The position numbers and the translations under genes were made by a program. From Promethearchaeota archaeon (GTDB lineage: Archaea; Asgardarchaeota; Lokiarchaeia; Sigyniarchaeales; SOKP01): 64,000 nt of DNA. The notes under the pieces are model-generated. The model was not told where the DNA came from, ran no database searches, and was given only the letters and a program-made list of their open reading frames with translations. Below, piece by piece: positions 1 to 9,390 of the stretch; position 1 is the first letter of the stretch; each line of letters begins with the position of its first letter. Where the stretch lies: contig JBHLON010000007.1 of assembly GCA_048940445.1 (NCBI GenBank), positions 1 through 64,000 on the forward strand, in the 5' to 3' direction.

Positions 1-354
1 GGCCCTCATGTAGTTGCAGCAGGTCTGGGAATTCTGGGAAGAAATGGACTTATAATTACACCTGAATTTGGACCAAGACAAAGATGGAGCATGATTACTA
101 CAGATGCTAATATTCCCAAAAGCAAAATACGAAATTTAAATGAATTAAAAGAATTTTGTAAAAGGTGTCGTTCATGTGTAGAAAACTGTAAAGGAGGAGC
201 TGTTTATGAAAAGCCAATAGCACAAAATTCGGGAATTCTTACACATATTGATCGCTCTAAATGCATAGAGTCTTTACTTAATAATAATTATTGCTCATAT
301 TGTTTGAAGATATGCCCTCCAGGCATTCCTAGCAAAAACAAAAAAGAATTCTAA
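1..354 (+). CDS. Reductive dehalogenase/epoxyqueuosine reductase (QueG)-like cobalamin/Fe-S protein, 5'-truncated by window edge
   Basis: Frame +1 is open from base 1: GPHVVAAGLGILGRNGLIITPEFGPRQRWSMITTD, then FCKRCRSCVENC and CSYCLKICP, the C-terminal motifs of the RdhA/QueG family. Confidence 0.7.
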   Translation, partial: GPHVVAAGLGILGRNGLIITPEFGPRQRWSMITTDANIPKSKIRNLNELKEFCKRCRSCVENCKGGAVYEKPIAQNSGILTHIDRSKCIESLLNNNYCSYCLKICPPGIPSKNKKEF

Positions 355-372
355 AAATAAAGATTTTTGTAT

Positions 373-3096
373 TTATGTAGATATTTCCTGCAAATAATTA
401 TCAATTGCTGCTGCCGCTTTCTTACCAGCTCCCATCGCAGAAATAACTGTTGCACTACCTGTAACTATATCACCACCTGCAAAGATACCTTCAATATTAG
501 TTTGACCCTCCTCGTCAGTTTCAATATATCCCCATTTGTTTAGTTTTAACTCTGGAATTGATTTTGTGAGGGTAGGGTTCGCTCTTGTACCTATAGCAAT
601 GATTATAGTATCAGTTTCGATAAGATATTCGGAATCTTCAATAGGAATAGGTCTTCTACGGCCTGATTGGTCTGGTTCTCCAAGTCTCATTTTTATAACC
701 TCCATTTGTTTAACATTATCATCTTCATCTCCAATAAATCTCACGGGATTAGTCAAAAATTCAAATTTTATCCCTTCTTCTATTGCATGGTGATATTCTT
801 CTCTCCTCGCAGGCATCTCTGCCTCCGAACGTCTATATACAATGGTTACCTGTTCAGCTCCTAATCTTAGAGCAGTTCTAGCCGAATCCAAAGCAACATT
901 ACCACCACCTATAACCGTTACGAGTTTTCCAACCTTTATAGGGGTGTCGTATTCGGGAAATCTATAGGCTTTCATTAAATTCGATCTTGTAAGAAATTCG
1001 TTAGCGGTTAAAACTCCATTCAAATTTAATCCCGCTACTTTTATAAAAGAAGGCAATCCAGCTCCAACGCCTATAAAGAATGCCTTGTATCCCTGTTCTT
1101 TTAAGTCATCAACTGTTAAAATTTTGCCAATAATTGCATCGTAGTTAATTTTTACATTAAGCATTTTAAGTGTTTCAATTTCTTCTTTTACGACTTCTTT
1201 TGGTAATCTAAATTCTGGGATTCCATAGGTTAACACACCACCTCCTGCATGAAATGCTTCAAAGATAGTGACATCATATCCTCTCATTGCTAATTCTCCC
1301 GCACATGTTAATCCAGCAGGACCTGATCCTATGACTGCAACTTTAATACCATTTGGAGGAGCGCATTCAGGACATTCTTTTAATTTATTTTTTCTTTCCC
1401 AATCTGCAATATATCTTTCTAAGTGTCCTATCGCAATTGGTTCTCCAATAGAATTAAGCATACAAGCTTCTTCACATTGTGTTTCTTGTGGACATACTCT
1501 ACCACAGATAGCAGGAAGAAGATTATTAGATTTTATTTTATAGAGAGCCTTTATATTATTTCCTTCTTTTAATAGTTTAATGAATTCTGGAATTCGTATA
1601 TTTACTGGGCATCCTGTTATGCATAAAGGTAAACCACATTGTAGACATCTGTTTACTTCTTGATTCATCATCTCATCTGTTAATCCGCAAGGAACTTCCT
1701 CAAAATTATTTATCCTCTCGTTGGGATCTTGTTCTATCATCTTTACTCTGTGGTGTTCAATGTAATGTTTTAGTTTAGAGGCAGCAATTCTATTTAATTC
1801 CTTAAAGTGATGGTTATCTACTTTAATATCTTCTTTAATAACCATTTCTAAATCTAGGGCTTTCTTAAAGAATTCAGCTCCCTTCTTTGTTCGAACAATT
1901 ACAGTGGACCAACCAGGCTCTGAACCAATTGATCCTACAGAAATATCAGCATAATTTGCTGTGAGATCTTCACAGAAAAAGCAACCAAATCTACCATATT
2001 TCTTAATTTTTTTAATTGGAATTTTAGATGGGATGCTATCTTGATTGTAGATGATAAAGCTACCCTTATTTATATCCATTTTTTTTACTTCAGAAGGATA
2101 TACATTAAATTCATTCTTGAGTAACTCAACAATTTTTTCATAATCGAAAGATTCCATGCAAAATAAACCAATTTTTAAAATAATATTATCATAAAAAGGT
2201 TTATTAATAGGACAGAGTGAGAGTTTTCTTAATGCTTTCATTATACATGGAGTACCAACTATTGCAATTTTACCGTGATCCTTTGCATCTTGAAAGATTT
2301 TAAGTAAAGGAACATTTGTATATTTAGTTCCAGCTGTTTTTAAGAGCTCTTCCTCATTTTTAACTAGTATCGGTATAGGCTTTAATGGCAAATCTCCTGT
2401 TGTTACAGCAAAAGAAGCCTCTATAATTCCTTCTCTAAAAGCAGTCTTGAGCAAGGTTGTGACTATCCCACCATCTTGAGCCACACCTTTAATTCTTTTA
2501 TCAGTAGTTTGAGCTGTACAGATTTCACGAAAATAATGGAAAGGTTCTACAAAATTAATATTTGTATCATGATTATCAGGAATCTTCTCCAATGGTTTTG
2601 GAAAAAAAGATCGCGGACACGCCGAATAACATAAACCACATTTAATGCATAAATCTTTATCTAGTTCGAAACTTCCTTCGGAGTAATTAATAGCATTAAC
2701 GGGACAGACTGAAACACATAAACCGCATCCACAACAAAGATTGCTTTCTTTAATCAAGTCGGTAGTTGGAAAAACTCCTTCTATTTCATAATTTTCAATA
2801 AATTCAGCAAAAAATCTTGGTTTTTCACCAATGAAACGTAATAAACCTAATTCTCTTAATGATTCTACCTTACATAATATGCTTTCTTCCGAACCCCCTA
2901 ATTCTTTTTGTAATATAGAAATATCAATTGATCCTAATTCCTTAATTTTATTCAAAACCTCTAGTCTTTCTCTTTCTACTTTTGTTACAGAGTCTAAAAG
3001 TTTCATAAATTCTTCTTCATTATACTTACCCGCTTCCAATATCTTATCTTTATTGTTAAGCAGTATATCGATTAATGCTGAACTAATTTCCATCAT
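373..3096 (-). CDS. Fusion: N-terminal wHTH-like region + 2x[4Fe-4S]/FrhB (FpoF-like, F420-binding) module + NfnB/SudA (GltD-like) flavoprotein
   Basis: CCGCGLCVSVCP and CIKCGLCYSACP; FrhB motifs AQDGGIVTTLL, GTPC, IGLFCMESF, ADISVGSIGS; then RCLQC..CITGCPVNI, CGRVCPQETQCE, GSGPAG, GGGNVA, GDIVTGSATVI. Likely start is ATG 3096 (ORF track starts at GTG 3108); overlaps the nfnA stop. Confidence 0.85.
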   Translation of the reverse strand: MMEISSALIDILLNNKDKILEAGKYNEEEFMKLLDSVTKVERERLEVLNKIKELGSIDISILQKELGGSEESILCKVESLRELGLLRFIGEKPRFFAEFIENYEIEGVFPTTDLIKESNLCCGCGLCVSVCPVNAINYSEGSFELDKDLCIKCGLCYSACPRSFFPKPLEKIPDNHDTNINFVEPFHYFREICTAQTTDKRIKGVAQDGGIVTTLLKTAFREGIIEASFAVTTGDLPLKPIPILVKNEEELLKTAGTKYTNVPLLKIFQDAKDHGKIAIVGTPCIMKALRKLSLCPINKPFYDNIILKIGLFCMESFDYEKIVELLKNEFNVYPSEVKKMDINKGSFIIYNQDSIPSKIPIKKIKKYGRFGCFFCEDLTANYADISVGSIGSEPGWSTVIVRTKKGAEFFKKALDLEMVIKEDIKVDNHHFKELNRIAASKLKHYIEHHRVKMIEQDPNERINNFEEVPCGLTDEMMNQEVNRCLQCGLPLCITGCPVNIRIPEFIKLLKEGNNIKALYKIKSNNLLPAICGRVCPQETQCEEACMLNSIGEPIAIGHLERYIADWERKNKLKECPECAPPNGIKVAVIGSGPAGLTCAGELAMRGYDVTIFEAFHAGGGVLTYGIPEFRLPKEVVKEEIETLKMLNVKINYDAIIGKILTVDDLKEQGYKAFFIGVGAGLPSFIKVAGLNLNGVLTANEFLTRSNLMKAYRFPEYDTPIKVGKLVTVIGGGNVALDSARTALRLGAEQVTIVYRRSEAEMPARREEYHHAIEEGIKFEFLTNPVRFIGDEDDNVKQMEVIKMRLGEPDQSGRRRPIPIEDSEYLIETDTIIIAIGTRANPTLTKSIPELKLNKWGYIETDEEGQTNIEGIFAGGDIVTGSATVISAMGAGKKAAAAIDNYLQEIST

Positions 3097-3979
3097 GAGA
3101 GCCCTCACTCTGCAATTTTTCTATTGCCTTACATTCATGATTATAATTAACTAATGCTTGTTTTTCTTGTTCAATAAATCTTTTAGACCGTTTCATGAGA
3201 TTATCAAAATCTACTACATGAGCATCAACATCTGGTCCATCTACGCAAGCAAAATAAATATCACCTTCTAAAGTTGAGAAACGACAGCCACCACACATTC
3301 CTGTGCCATCTATCATGATCGTGTTTAAAGAAACAAAGGTTTTTACCTTTGGTAAGTCTCCAGAACCATCGGTTGTTCGTGCCACATACTTCATCATAAC
3401 TAATGGGCCTATAGCGATTACAAGGCTTATCCTTTCTCGAGAGATGATTTCTTTTAATGGTTGAGTGACAACTCCTTTAATTCCTTCAGTTCCATCGTCG
3501 GTACATATAATTAATTCATCGCTAACAGAGCGGATCTTATCTCTCCAAAAGAGTAATCCAGTATTTCTTGCACCTATTATGGAGATAATTCTATTTCCCG
3601 CTTTTCTTAATTCTTTTGCTTGAGGATAACATTCTGCGATTCCTACACCTCCTCCAATAATTATAACAGGAAATTTGTACTTTTGGATATGAATTTTATT
3701 ACCTAATGGTCCAACCAGATCAAGTATTTCATCTCCAATATTTTGATGAGAGAGTAATTTGGTACTTTTTCCAGCAACTTGAAAGACTATAGTTATTGTT
3801 CCCTTTTTTTCATCATAATTAGCAATTGTTAGGGGAAACCTTTCTCCAGTTTCATTAATCCTTAACAGAATAAAATTACCCGGAAATGCTTTCTTAGCAA
3901 TTAAAGGAGCATTTAAAAGCATTTCATATATCAAACCACTCGTTCCAAGTGCTCTTTTATCCAAAATTTTATAAGGCAA
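3083..3979 (-). CDS. nfnA: NfnA/SudB (PyrK-like FAD/NAD-binding, 2Fe-2S subunit of NADH-dependent ferredoxin:NADP+ oxidoreductase)
   Basis: ERFPLTIA, GPLG, GGGVG, TDDG, IGPLVMM, MIDGTGMCGGCR, CVDGPD; adjacent to the NfnB-containing gene. Confidence 0.88.
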   Translation of the reverse strand: MPYKILDKRALGTSGLIYEMLLNAPLIAKKAFPGNFILLRINETGERFPLTIANYDEKKGTITIVFQVAGKSTKLLSHQNIGDEILDLVGPLGNKIHIQKYKFPVIIIGGGVGIAECYPQAKELRKAGNRIISIIGARNTGLLFWRDKIRSVSDELIICTDDGTEGIKGVVTQPLKEIISRERISLVIAIGPLVMMKYVARTTDGSGDLPKVKTFVSLNTIMIDGTGMCGGCRFSTLEGDIYFACVDGPDVDAHVVDFDNLMKRSKRFIEQEKQALVNYNHECKAIEKLQSEGSHDGN

Positions 3980-4271
3980 ATTATATCAATTCTCTTGTTT
4001 TTAAAATATAATATATTGTTGCGAGATTTAGTTTTACTTTTCTACTTTTTACAACTTCTTTATTGATTATTAAAGTGTATTTTATTTTTTTAATTAATTC
4101 CTTATGTTATAAAAGATGAACCTTCAATAAAATAAATCCTAATAAAAGGTTAACTTATTTATAATAGAATTTAATTTTTAAAGACTGAATTAGATAAATC
4201 TAACAATTAACCTAATAAAGAGTTATTCTCTATATTAAATTGTTTAATATCGAATTATAAACTAAAAAATA

Positions 4272-6212
4272 GTGAAAAACATGAGTAAAGCTAAGGAAGT
4301 AGCTGTACCCGATGATGTAAAAGGGTATACCCAGACGCGTCTTGATGTTGATCTAACCAATGGTAAAATTGAAAAAACCGAATTGTCTAGAGAATTCTGC
4401 CGAGATTGGATTGGAGGTTATGGGTTTGGTGCAAAAGTACTTTGGGATGAGCTTAAACCAAATGTGGATCCTCTTGGCCCTGATAATGTATTTGTTTATG
4501 CTCATGGACCATTTCCTACAACTATCTTACCAACTAGTTCCAAATATGGAGTGTTTGCAAAATCTCCCTTGACTGGAATGTTTGGCATGGCAATTTCTTC
4601 TGGGTCTGTAGGAGCTCAAGCTCGAAGGGCTGGAATGAACTTAATTGTGTTTAAGGGTAGATCTCCTGAACCTGTTTACATGGTTGTAGATGATGATGAC
4701 TATTATTTGGTAGCGTGTAAAAATACAGTATGGGGAAAAGGTTGCTGGGAGACAGAAGAAATGTTAAGGGAAGAATTTCAAGATCACAGACTTGCAGTTA
4801 TGGCTATTGGTCCAGCTGGAGAACGTATGAGTCATATGGCCTGCATTACAAATGATCGTAATAGACAAGCTGGTCGGACTGGTATGGGTGCAGTAATGGG
4901 CTCTAAAAATTTAAAGGCTGTCTGTTTTAGAGGTACTAAAGGAACTAAAGTCGCCAATCCTCCTGAATTTTATAAACTTGCAAAGAAATTGATCAAAGTA
5001 GCAAATGGACCCGCTACTGCAAAATATCGAGATTTAGGAACCCCTTCAGGATTAACTAGTTATAATAAACTTGGCATGATGCCTACCTTCAATCACCGTG
5101 AAGGATCATGGGAAAAAATTGATGATGGTACATTTACTGGAGATTCTCTTAATATTGATTGGGTGGTTAAAAAAGTTGCATGTTCACAGTGTTCAATAGC
5201 CTGTGATCACATCGCTAAAATCCCAAAAAGTCATCCAAATTGGCCTAATACATATGCTAGCGTAGATGTAGAGTTATGTTATGGATTTGGTACTGCTTGT
5301 GGAAATCCCGATTGGCCAACCGTATTCAAATGTATTACTTTATGCGATGATTTAGGTATCGATGCTATATCTGGAGGCGTTACTGCTGCTATGGCATGTG
5401 AATGCTTCGAAGAAGGCATTATCACAGAAAAAGAATTAGGATATAAATTACCTTTTGGCTCTACAACTAATTTAGTACGCTTTACTGAAGAGATGATTCT
5501 TGGTAAAGGTTTTGCTGGAGAAATCTTTGGAGATGGAGTAAGAGAAGCTGGAAAAAGGTTAGAGGAGAAGGGAAAGAAAAACGCTAGTTATTACGGTATG
5601 CATATTAAAGGACTAGAAATGCCTGCTTTCGATCTTCATGGAATGAGTTCTTTTGCTGTAGGTGAAAGTGTATCAGTACGAGGAGCTTGCCATCTTAGAA
5701 ATGGATCCTATGGTCTTGATGCTAAAGGTACATTCGATAGATTTAGTTACGATAAGCCACTGGAAAGAGGTAAAGCAATAAAGCAACTTGAAGATGTGTA
5801 TGCTCTTATCGATTCCTATATAGTTTGTAAATTTACGCGAGGAATTTACGAATCTGATGCTGAAATGGCAAAAGTATATGAACTAGTTACTGGAATTCCA
5901 CATACCGAAGAATCAATTTTACTCCGTGGCGATGCAATTGTGACTTTGTCCAAGTGCTTTAATATCAGAGAAGGATGGACAAGAGCAGATGATCATCCAC
6001 CAGAAAGATTCTTTAAAGAAGCTCATACAAAAGGACCAGCAAAAGGTGTCGTTCTAAAGGAGGAGGGGTATCAGACACTATTGAGTGGATATTATGAAGC
6101 TCGTGGCTGGGATAAAGAAACAGGAATACCAACAAATGAAACGTTGAAAAACTTAGGTTTAGATTTTGTAATTGGGAAATTAAAAGCACCAAGTAAGGGA
6201 GGGAAAAAATAA
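4272..6212 (+). CDS. aor: Tungsten-containing aldehyde:ferredoxin oxidoreductase family protein
   Basis: KSPLTG, IGPAGE, AGRTGMGAVMGSKNLKA, CSQCSIAC, CDDLGIDAIS, RGACHL, YYEARGWD. ATG 4281 is a possible start. Confidence 0.92.
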   Translation: MKNMSKAKEVAVPDDVKGYTQTRLDVDLTNGKIEKTELSREFCRDWIGGYGFGAKVLWDELKPNVDPLGPDNVFVYAHGPFPTTILPTSSKYGVFAKSPLTGMFGMAISSGSVGAQARRAGMNLIVFKGRSPEPVYMVVDDDDYYLVACKNTVWGKGCWETEEMLREEFQDHRLAVMAIGPAGERMSHMACITNDRNRQAGRTGMGAVMGSKNLKAVCFRGTKGTKVANPPEFYKLAKKLIKVANGPATAKYRDLGTPSGLTSYNKLGMMPTFNHREGSWEKIDDGTFTGDSLNIDWVVKKVACSQCSIACDHIAKIPKSHPNWPNTYASVDVELCYGFGTACGNPDWPTVFKCITLCDDLGIDAISGGVTAAMACECFEEGIITEKELGYKLPFGSTTNLVRFTEEMILGKGFAGEIFGDGVREAGKRLEEKGKKNASYYGMHIKGLEMPAFDLHGMSSFAVGESVSVRGACHLRNGSYGLDAKGTFDRFSYDKPLERGKAIKQLEDVYALIDSYIVCKFTRGIYESDAEMAKVYELVTGIPHTEESILLRGDAIVTLSKCFNIREGWTRADDHPPERFFKEAHTKGPAKGVVLKEEGYQTLLSGYYEARGWDKETGIPTNETLKNLGLDFVIGKLKAPSKGGKK

Positions 6213-6213
6213 G

Positions 6214-6771
6214 ATGTCAAAAGCTAAAACTAAGAAGCGGGGAGGTGTAATGCACCAATTTATTATCGTGGACCCAAATTTATGTACAGGCTGTGAAACT
6301 TGCGAGAGTGTTTGCAGCTTTGTTCACGATGCTGAGTTTAACCCAATTAATACTAGAATTCATCGAGTAAGAATTGAACCCATTTTTAATATAGCATTAG
6401 CATGTCAGAAATGTGAAGATTCACCTTGTGTGCGTAGTTGCCCTGAGAAAGCATTGGAGCAAGACCCAGAAACAGGTTCCATTATTGTGGAAGAAGACAA
6501 ATGTAATGGATGCGGTTTTTGTATCCGTGCATGCGATTTTGGAGTTATTTCACTTCATATATCCTCTCAGAAGGCTCTTGTCTGCGACTTATGTGAGAAT
6601 ATGAAAGAAGAATTTATTGATCCTGAAGTTGGCGTAAGAGAACCCCAATGCATTGCTGTATGCCCAAAAGAAGCGATCTCGCTTAAAAATGTTGAACAAA
6701 TAGGAGAAGAAACACGCATTGAAGCTGTAAAGCGATTGTTCGGCGATATAATTGCAGAATCTCAAGGTTAA
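6214..6771 (+). CDS. 4x[4Fe-4S] ferredoxin-type electron transfer subunit (HydN/CooF/DmsB-like) partnering AOR
   Basis: CTGCETCESVC, CQKCEDSPCVRSCP, CNGCGFCIRAC, CDLC..PQCIAVCP; starts 1 nt after the AOR stop. Confidence 0.85.
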   Translation: MSKAKTKKRGGVMHQFIIVDPNLCTGCETCESVCSFVHDAEFNPINTRIHRVRIEPIFNIALACQKCEDSPCVRSCPEKALEQDPETGSIIVEEDKCNGCGFCIRACDFGVISLHISSQKALVCDLCENMKEEFIDPEVGVREPQCIAVCPKEAISLKNVEQIGEETRIEAVKRLFGDIIAESQG

Positions 6772-6780
6772 AATATTATA

Positions 6781-6817
6781 TTTTTTTTGTTTTCCCATTT
6801 TTTTTCTTTTATTTTTT
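6781..6817 (+). terminator. Oligo-T archaeal terminator of the aor operon
   Basis: Several T6-T8 runs immediately after the stop codon. Confidence 0.45.
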
Positions 6818-6932
6818 CAATAAATCTACTTTTTTAGTTCTTTCTTATTCCATACTTTTCTTTGACTAGTACAAAGAGTTAAATATTACTATATAATTCT
6901 CATACAATAACAACTAATTTTAGGGGAAATTA

Positions 6933-9092
6933 TTGAAAAAAAGTCAGAAAAATAAATTAATTTTAGTTGGATTGATATTTTCGTTTTTAACACCAATTCT
7001 TTACAAAAATCTAAAGATTGATACAAATTATTTCCATGATTTTAACCAGGATGTAGCTTTGAAGTATAACAATGCAGATTGGGATAATGAGATTATGTTA
7101 CCAACAACTTATTCACCCTTTAGCACCTTTGTTGGAGATGTAAACAATGACGGTTTTAATGACATTGTTTTTGTTTACGATTCAACTGATAATATCGGAA
7201 TTTTTACCTGGAATTCCACTGCTAAAGATTGGAATAATGAGATAATCAGAACTGTCGGAGATGGACCTTATGGAGTCTTCGTTGGAGATGCTAATAATGA
7301 TGGATATAATGATATTGTCACTGGTAATCGATATACTAATGATGTATCAATTTTATTATGGAATAACGTGACTGGTAATTGGGGAGGTCCAATTAGTAAA
7401 GCGGTTGGAGATGATCCAAGAGTACCTTGTATTGGGGACGTTAATAATGATGGATATAATGACATTATTACTCCTAATTATGCAGGATCAGATATATCAA
7501 TTTTATTATGGAATAACATGACTGGTGATTGGGATTCAGCAATTTCAAAATCCGCAGGAAGCTATACTACTTGTGCATATATTGGAGATGTTAATAATGA
7601 CGGTTATAATGATATTGTAGCAGGAAATCATATAAGTTCCGATATCTCTATTTATCTGTGGAATAATAACATTGATAACTGGAATCCAGTAATTACGAAA
7701 TCAGTTACTAGTTTTCCTTATTCTATGTTTATAGCAGACGCGAATAATGATGGTTTTAATGATATTATTTTTGGTGGTGGTAATGGTGTGTCAATATTTA
7801 TTTGGAATACATTAATAAGTGACTGGAACCCAGAAATTAGGAGATGTATTGGCTTTGGGGGAGAATCTGTTTATATAGGAGATGCAAACAATGATGGCTC
7901 TAACGATATAGTAGTCACGGATAAAGCTAATGATCGAATATCAGTTACTTTATGGAATAGAACCATTGGTAATTGGAATGGGGATCTTATTAAGACAGTA
8001 GGAGACTCTCCTACTGGTATCTTCATAGGAGATGTAAATAATGATGGATACAACGATATTGTTTGTTCAAATAGTTTTGTTTCTTATGCTTCAGTATTTT
8101 TATGGGATGTCCCACCGACAATTGAAATAAATACTCCTTATAATAATGAAGTTTTTGGAAAGATGGCTCCAAAATTTAATATTAAAGTTAAGGAAGCTTC
8201 AATTGATTCAATGTGGTATACTCTTGATGGGGGGATTAGTAATAAAACATTTTTCACTAACACAACTATTGACCAACTAATTTGGGATGATGTTGGAAAT
8301 GGATCAGTTTTAATTGATTTCTATGTTAATGATACAACTGGTAATGTAGGAAGTGCATCAGTTTTAGTTAGAAAAGATGAATACTCACCGGCAATAGCAA
8401 TTATAGAGCCAACCAATGGAGAGGAATTTAGTAAATATCCACCGATATATAATATCACTATTGATGAAGCAAATTTAGCTGATACTTGGTATAGCATTGA
8501 TGGAGGTATAACAAATATATCATTTTCCTGTTTATATGGAGTGATAGATGAACAATTGTGGCAAAATGCTCCAGATGGCCCCATTACCGTTACTTTCTAT
8601 GCCAAAGATATTGCTAATAATACGGGGTTTACAACTGTTGATATTATCAAGAATACACTTCAATCTTTAAATGTTAAAATTGTGAAAATGATTTATTCAA
8701 TGGATACATACAATCTTACTTTTTCTATAGTGAACGAAACAAATAATGGAATTGACTCTGCTACAATATTTATGTGGTGGAATGGTATAGATGTATCTAG
8801 TGATATCCAAAATTATGGAAATGGACTGTATTTTGTTTCATTAGACACTATAACTGTAGCTCCTGGAGAGGACCCCATACCTCTCAATATGACAGTTTTA
8901 GCTTCGGGATATAAAGATAAATATTTTGAGATATATATTGCAGTGGATCCCGCAACTCTTTTAAAAGGAGGTGGAGGACCTGGTGAAGAATTTCCAATAA
9001 CTTTAATTATTATCATTTCAATAGTAAGCGCAGTAGCAGTTTTCGGAGTAGTAAGTTTTTATTTGTTAAGAAAGCGGAAATCACTCTCCTAA
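6933..9092 (+). CDS. Cell-surface FG-GAP/VCBS-repeat beta-propeller protein with Ig-like domains and C-terminal TM anchor
   Basis: N-terminal hydrophobic segment; seven (G/A)D(V/A)NNDG(F/Y/S)NDI(V/I) motifs about 50 aa apart; two repeated WY(T/S)(L/I)DGG domains; C-terminal TM followed by RKRK. Confidence 0.85.
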   Translation: MKKSQKNKLILVGLIFSFLTPILYKNLKIDTNYFHDFNQDVALKYNNADWDNEIMLPTTYSPFSTFVGDVNNDGFNDIVFVYDSTDNIGIFTWNSTAKDWNNEIIRTVGDGPYGVFVGDANNDGYNDIVTGNRYTNDVSILLWNNVTGNWGGPISKAVGDDPRVPCIGDVNNDGYNDIITPNYAGSDISILLWNNMTGDWDSAISKSAGSYTTCAYIGDVNNDGYNDIVAGNHISSDISIYLWNNNIDNWNPVITKSVTSFPYSMFIADANNDGFNDIIFGGGNGVSIFIWNTLISDWNPEIRRCIGFGGESVYIGDANNDGSNDIVVTDKANDRISVTLWNRTIGNWNGDLIKTVGDSPTGIFIGDVNNDGYNDIVCSNSFVSYASVFLWDVPPTIEINTPYNNEVFGKMAPKFNIKVKEASIDSMWYTLDGGISNKTFFTNTTIDQLIWDDVGNGSVLIDFYVNDTTGNVGSASVLVRKDEYSPAIAIIEPTNGEEFSKYPPIYNITIDEANLADTWYSIDGGITNISFSCLYGVIDEQLWQNAPDGPITVTFYAKDIANNTGFTTVDIIKNTLQSLNVKIVKMIYSMDTYNLTFSIVNETNNGIDSATIFMWWNGIDVSSDIQNYGNGLYFVSLDTITVAPGEDPIPLNMTVLASGYKDKYFEIYIAVDPATLLKGGGGPGEEFPITLIIIISIVSAVAVFGVVSFYLLRKRKSLS
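7125..8070 (+). repeat. Seven ~150-bp coding repeats (FG-GAP blades)
   Basis: Recurrent GGAGATG(T/C)NAA(T/C)AATGA motifs; 7341-7382 and 7491-7532 are nearly identical (TATCAATTTTATTATGGAATAAC(G/A)TGACTGGT). Confidence 0.8.
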
Positions 9093-9390
9093 TCTATTTA
9101 AAAATTCATTTTTTTTTATTATATTTTTTTATAAGTTTAACCACTCAACAAACTTTTAGTTATAAACTCAACAATTTAAATTAGTTCTATCTAATTTGTA
9201 TTATTTGAAAATGTTAGTTTTCGTTGGAAATAATAAAATAGGAAAATTTTCCCATCGAAAGACTTAAATAGGTTATTTTTTTTGTCGGAATTTACGAACA
9301 GATTTCATAAAATTCAAATATCATAAAATATTCAAAAATTTATAATTATTTTTAAAAAAAAATTACTGGAATAAATATAATTTATGTGTC

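Noticed and set aside
536-3154. Short ORFs antisense to or nested in long genes here and throughout the window (e.g. 16137..16589, 27234..27776)
   Set aside because: Shadow ORFs of well-supported genes with no independent motifs.
7125-8070. Regularly spaced repeats as a CRISPR array
   Set aside because: Repeats are degenerate at third codon positions, about 150 bp in period and inside an open frame; no cas genes.
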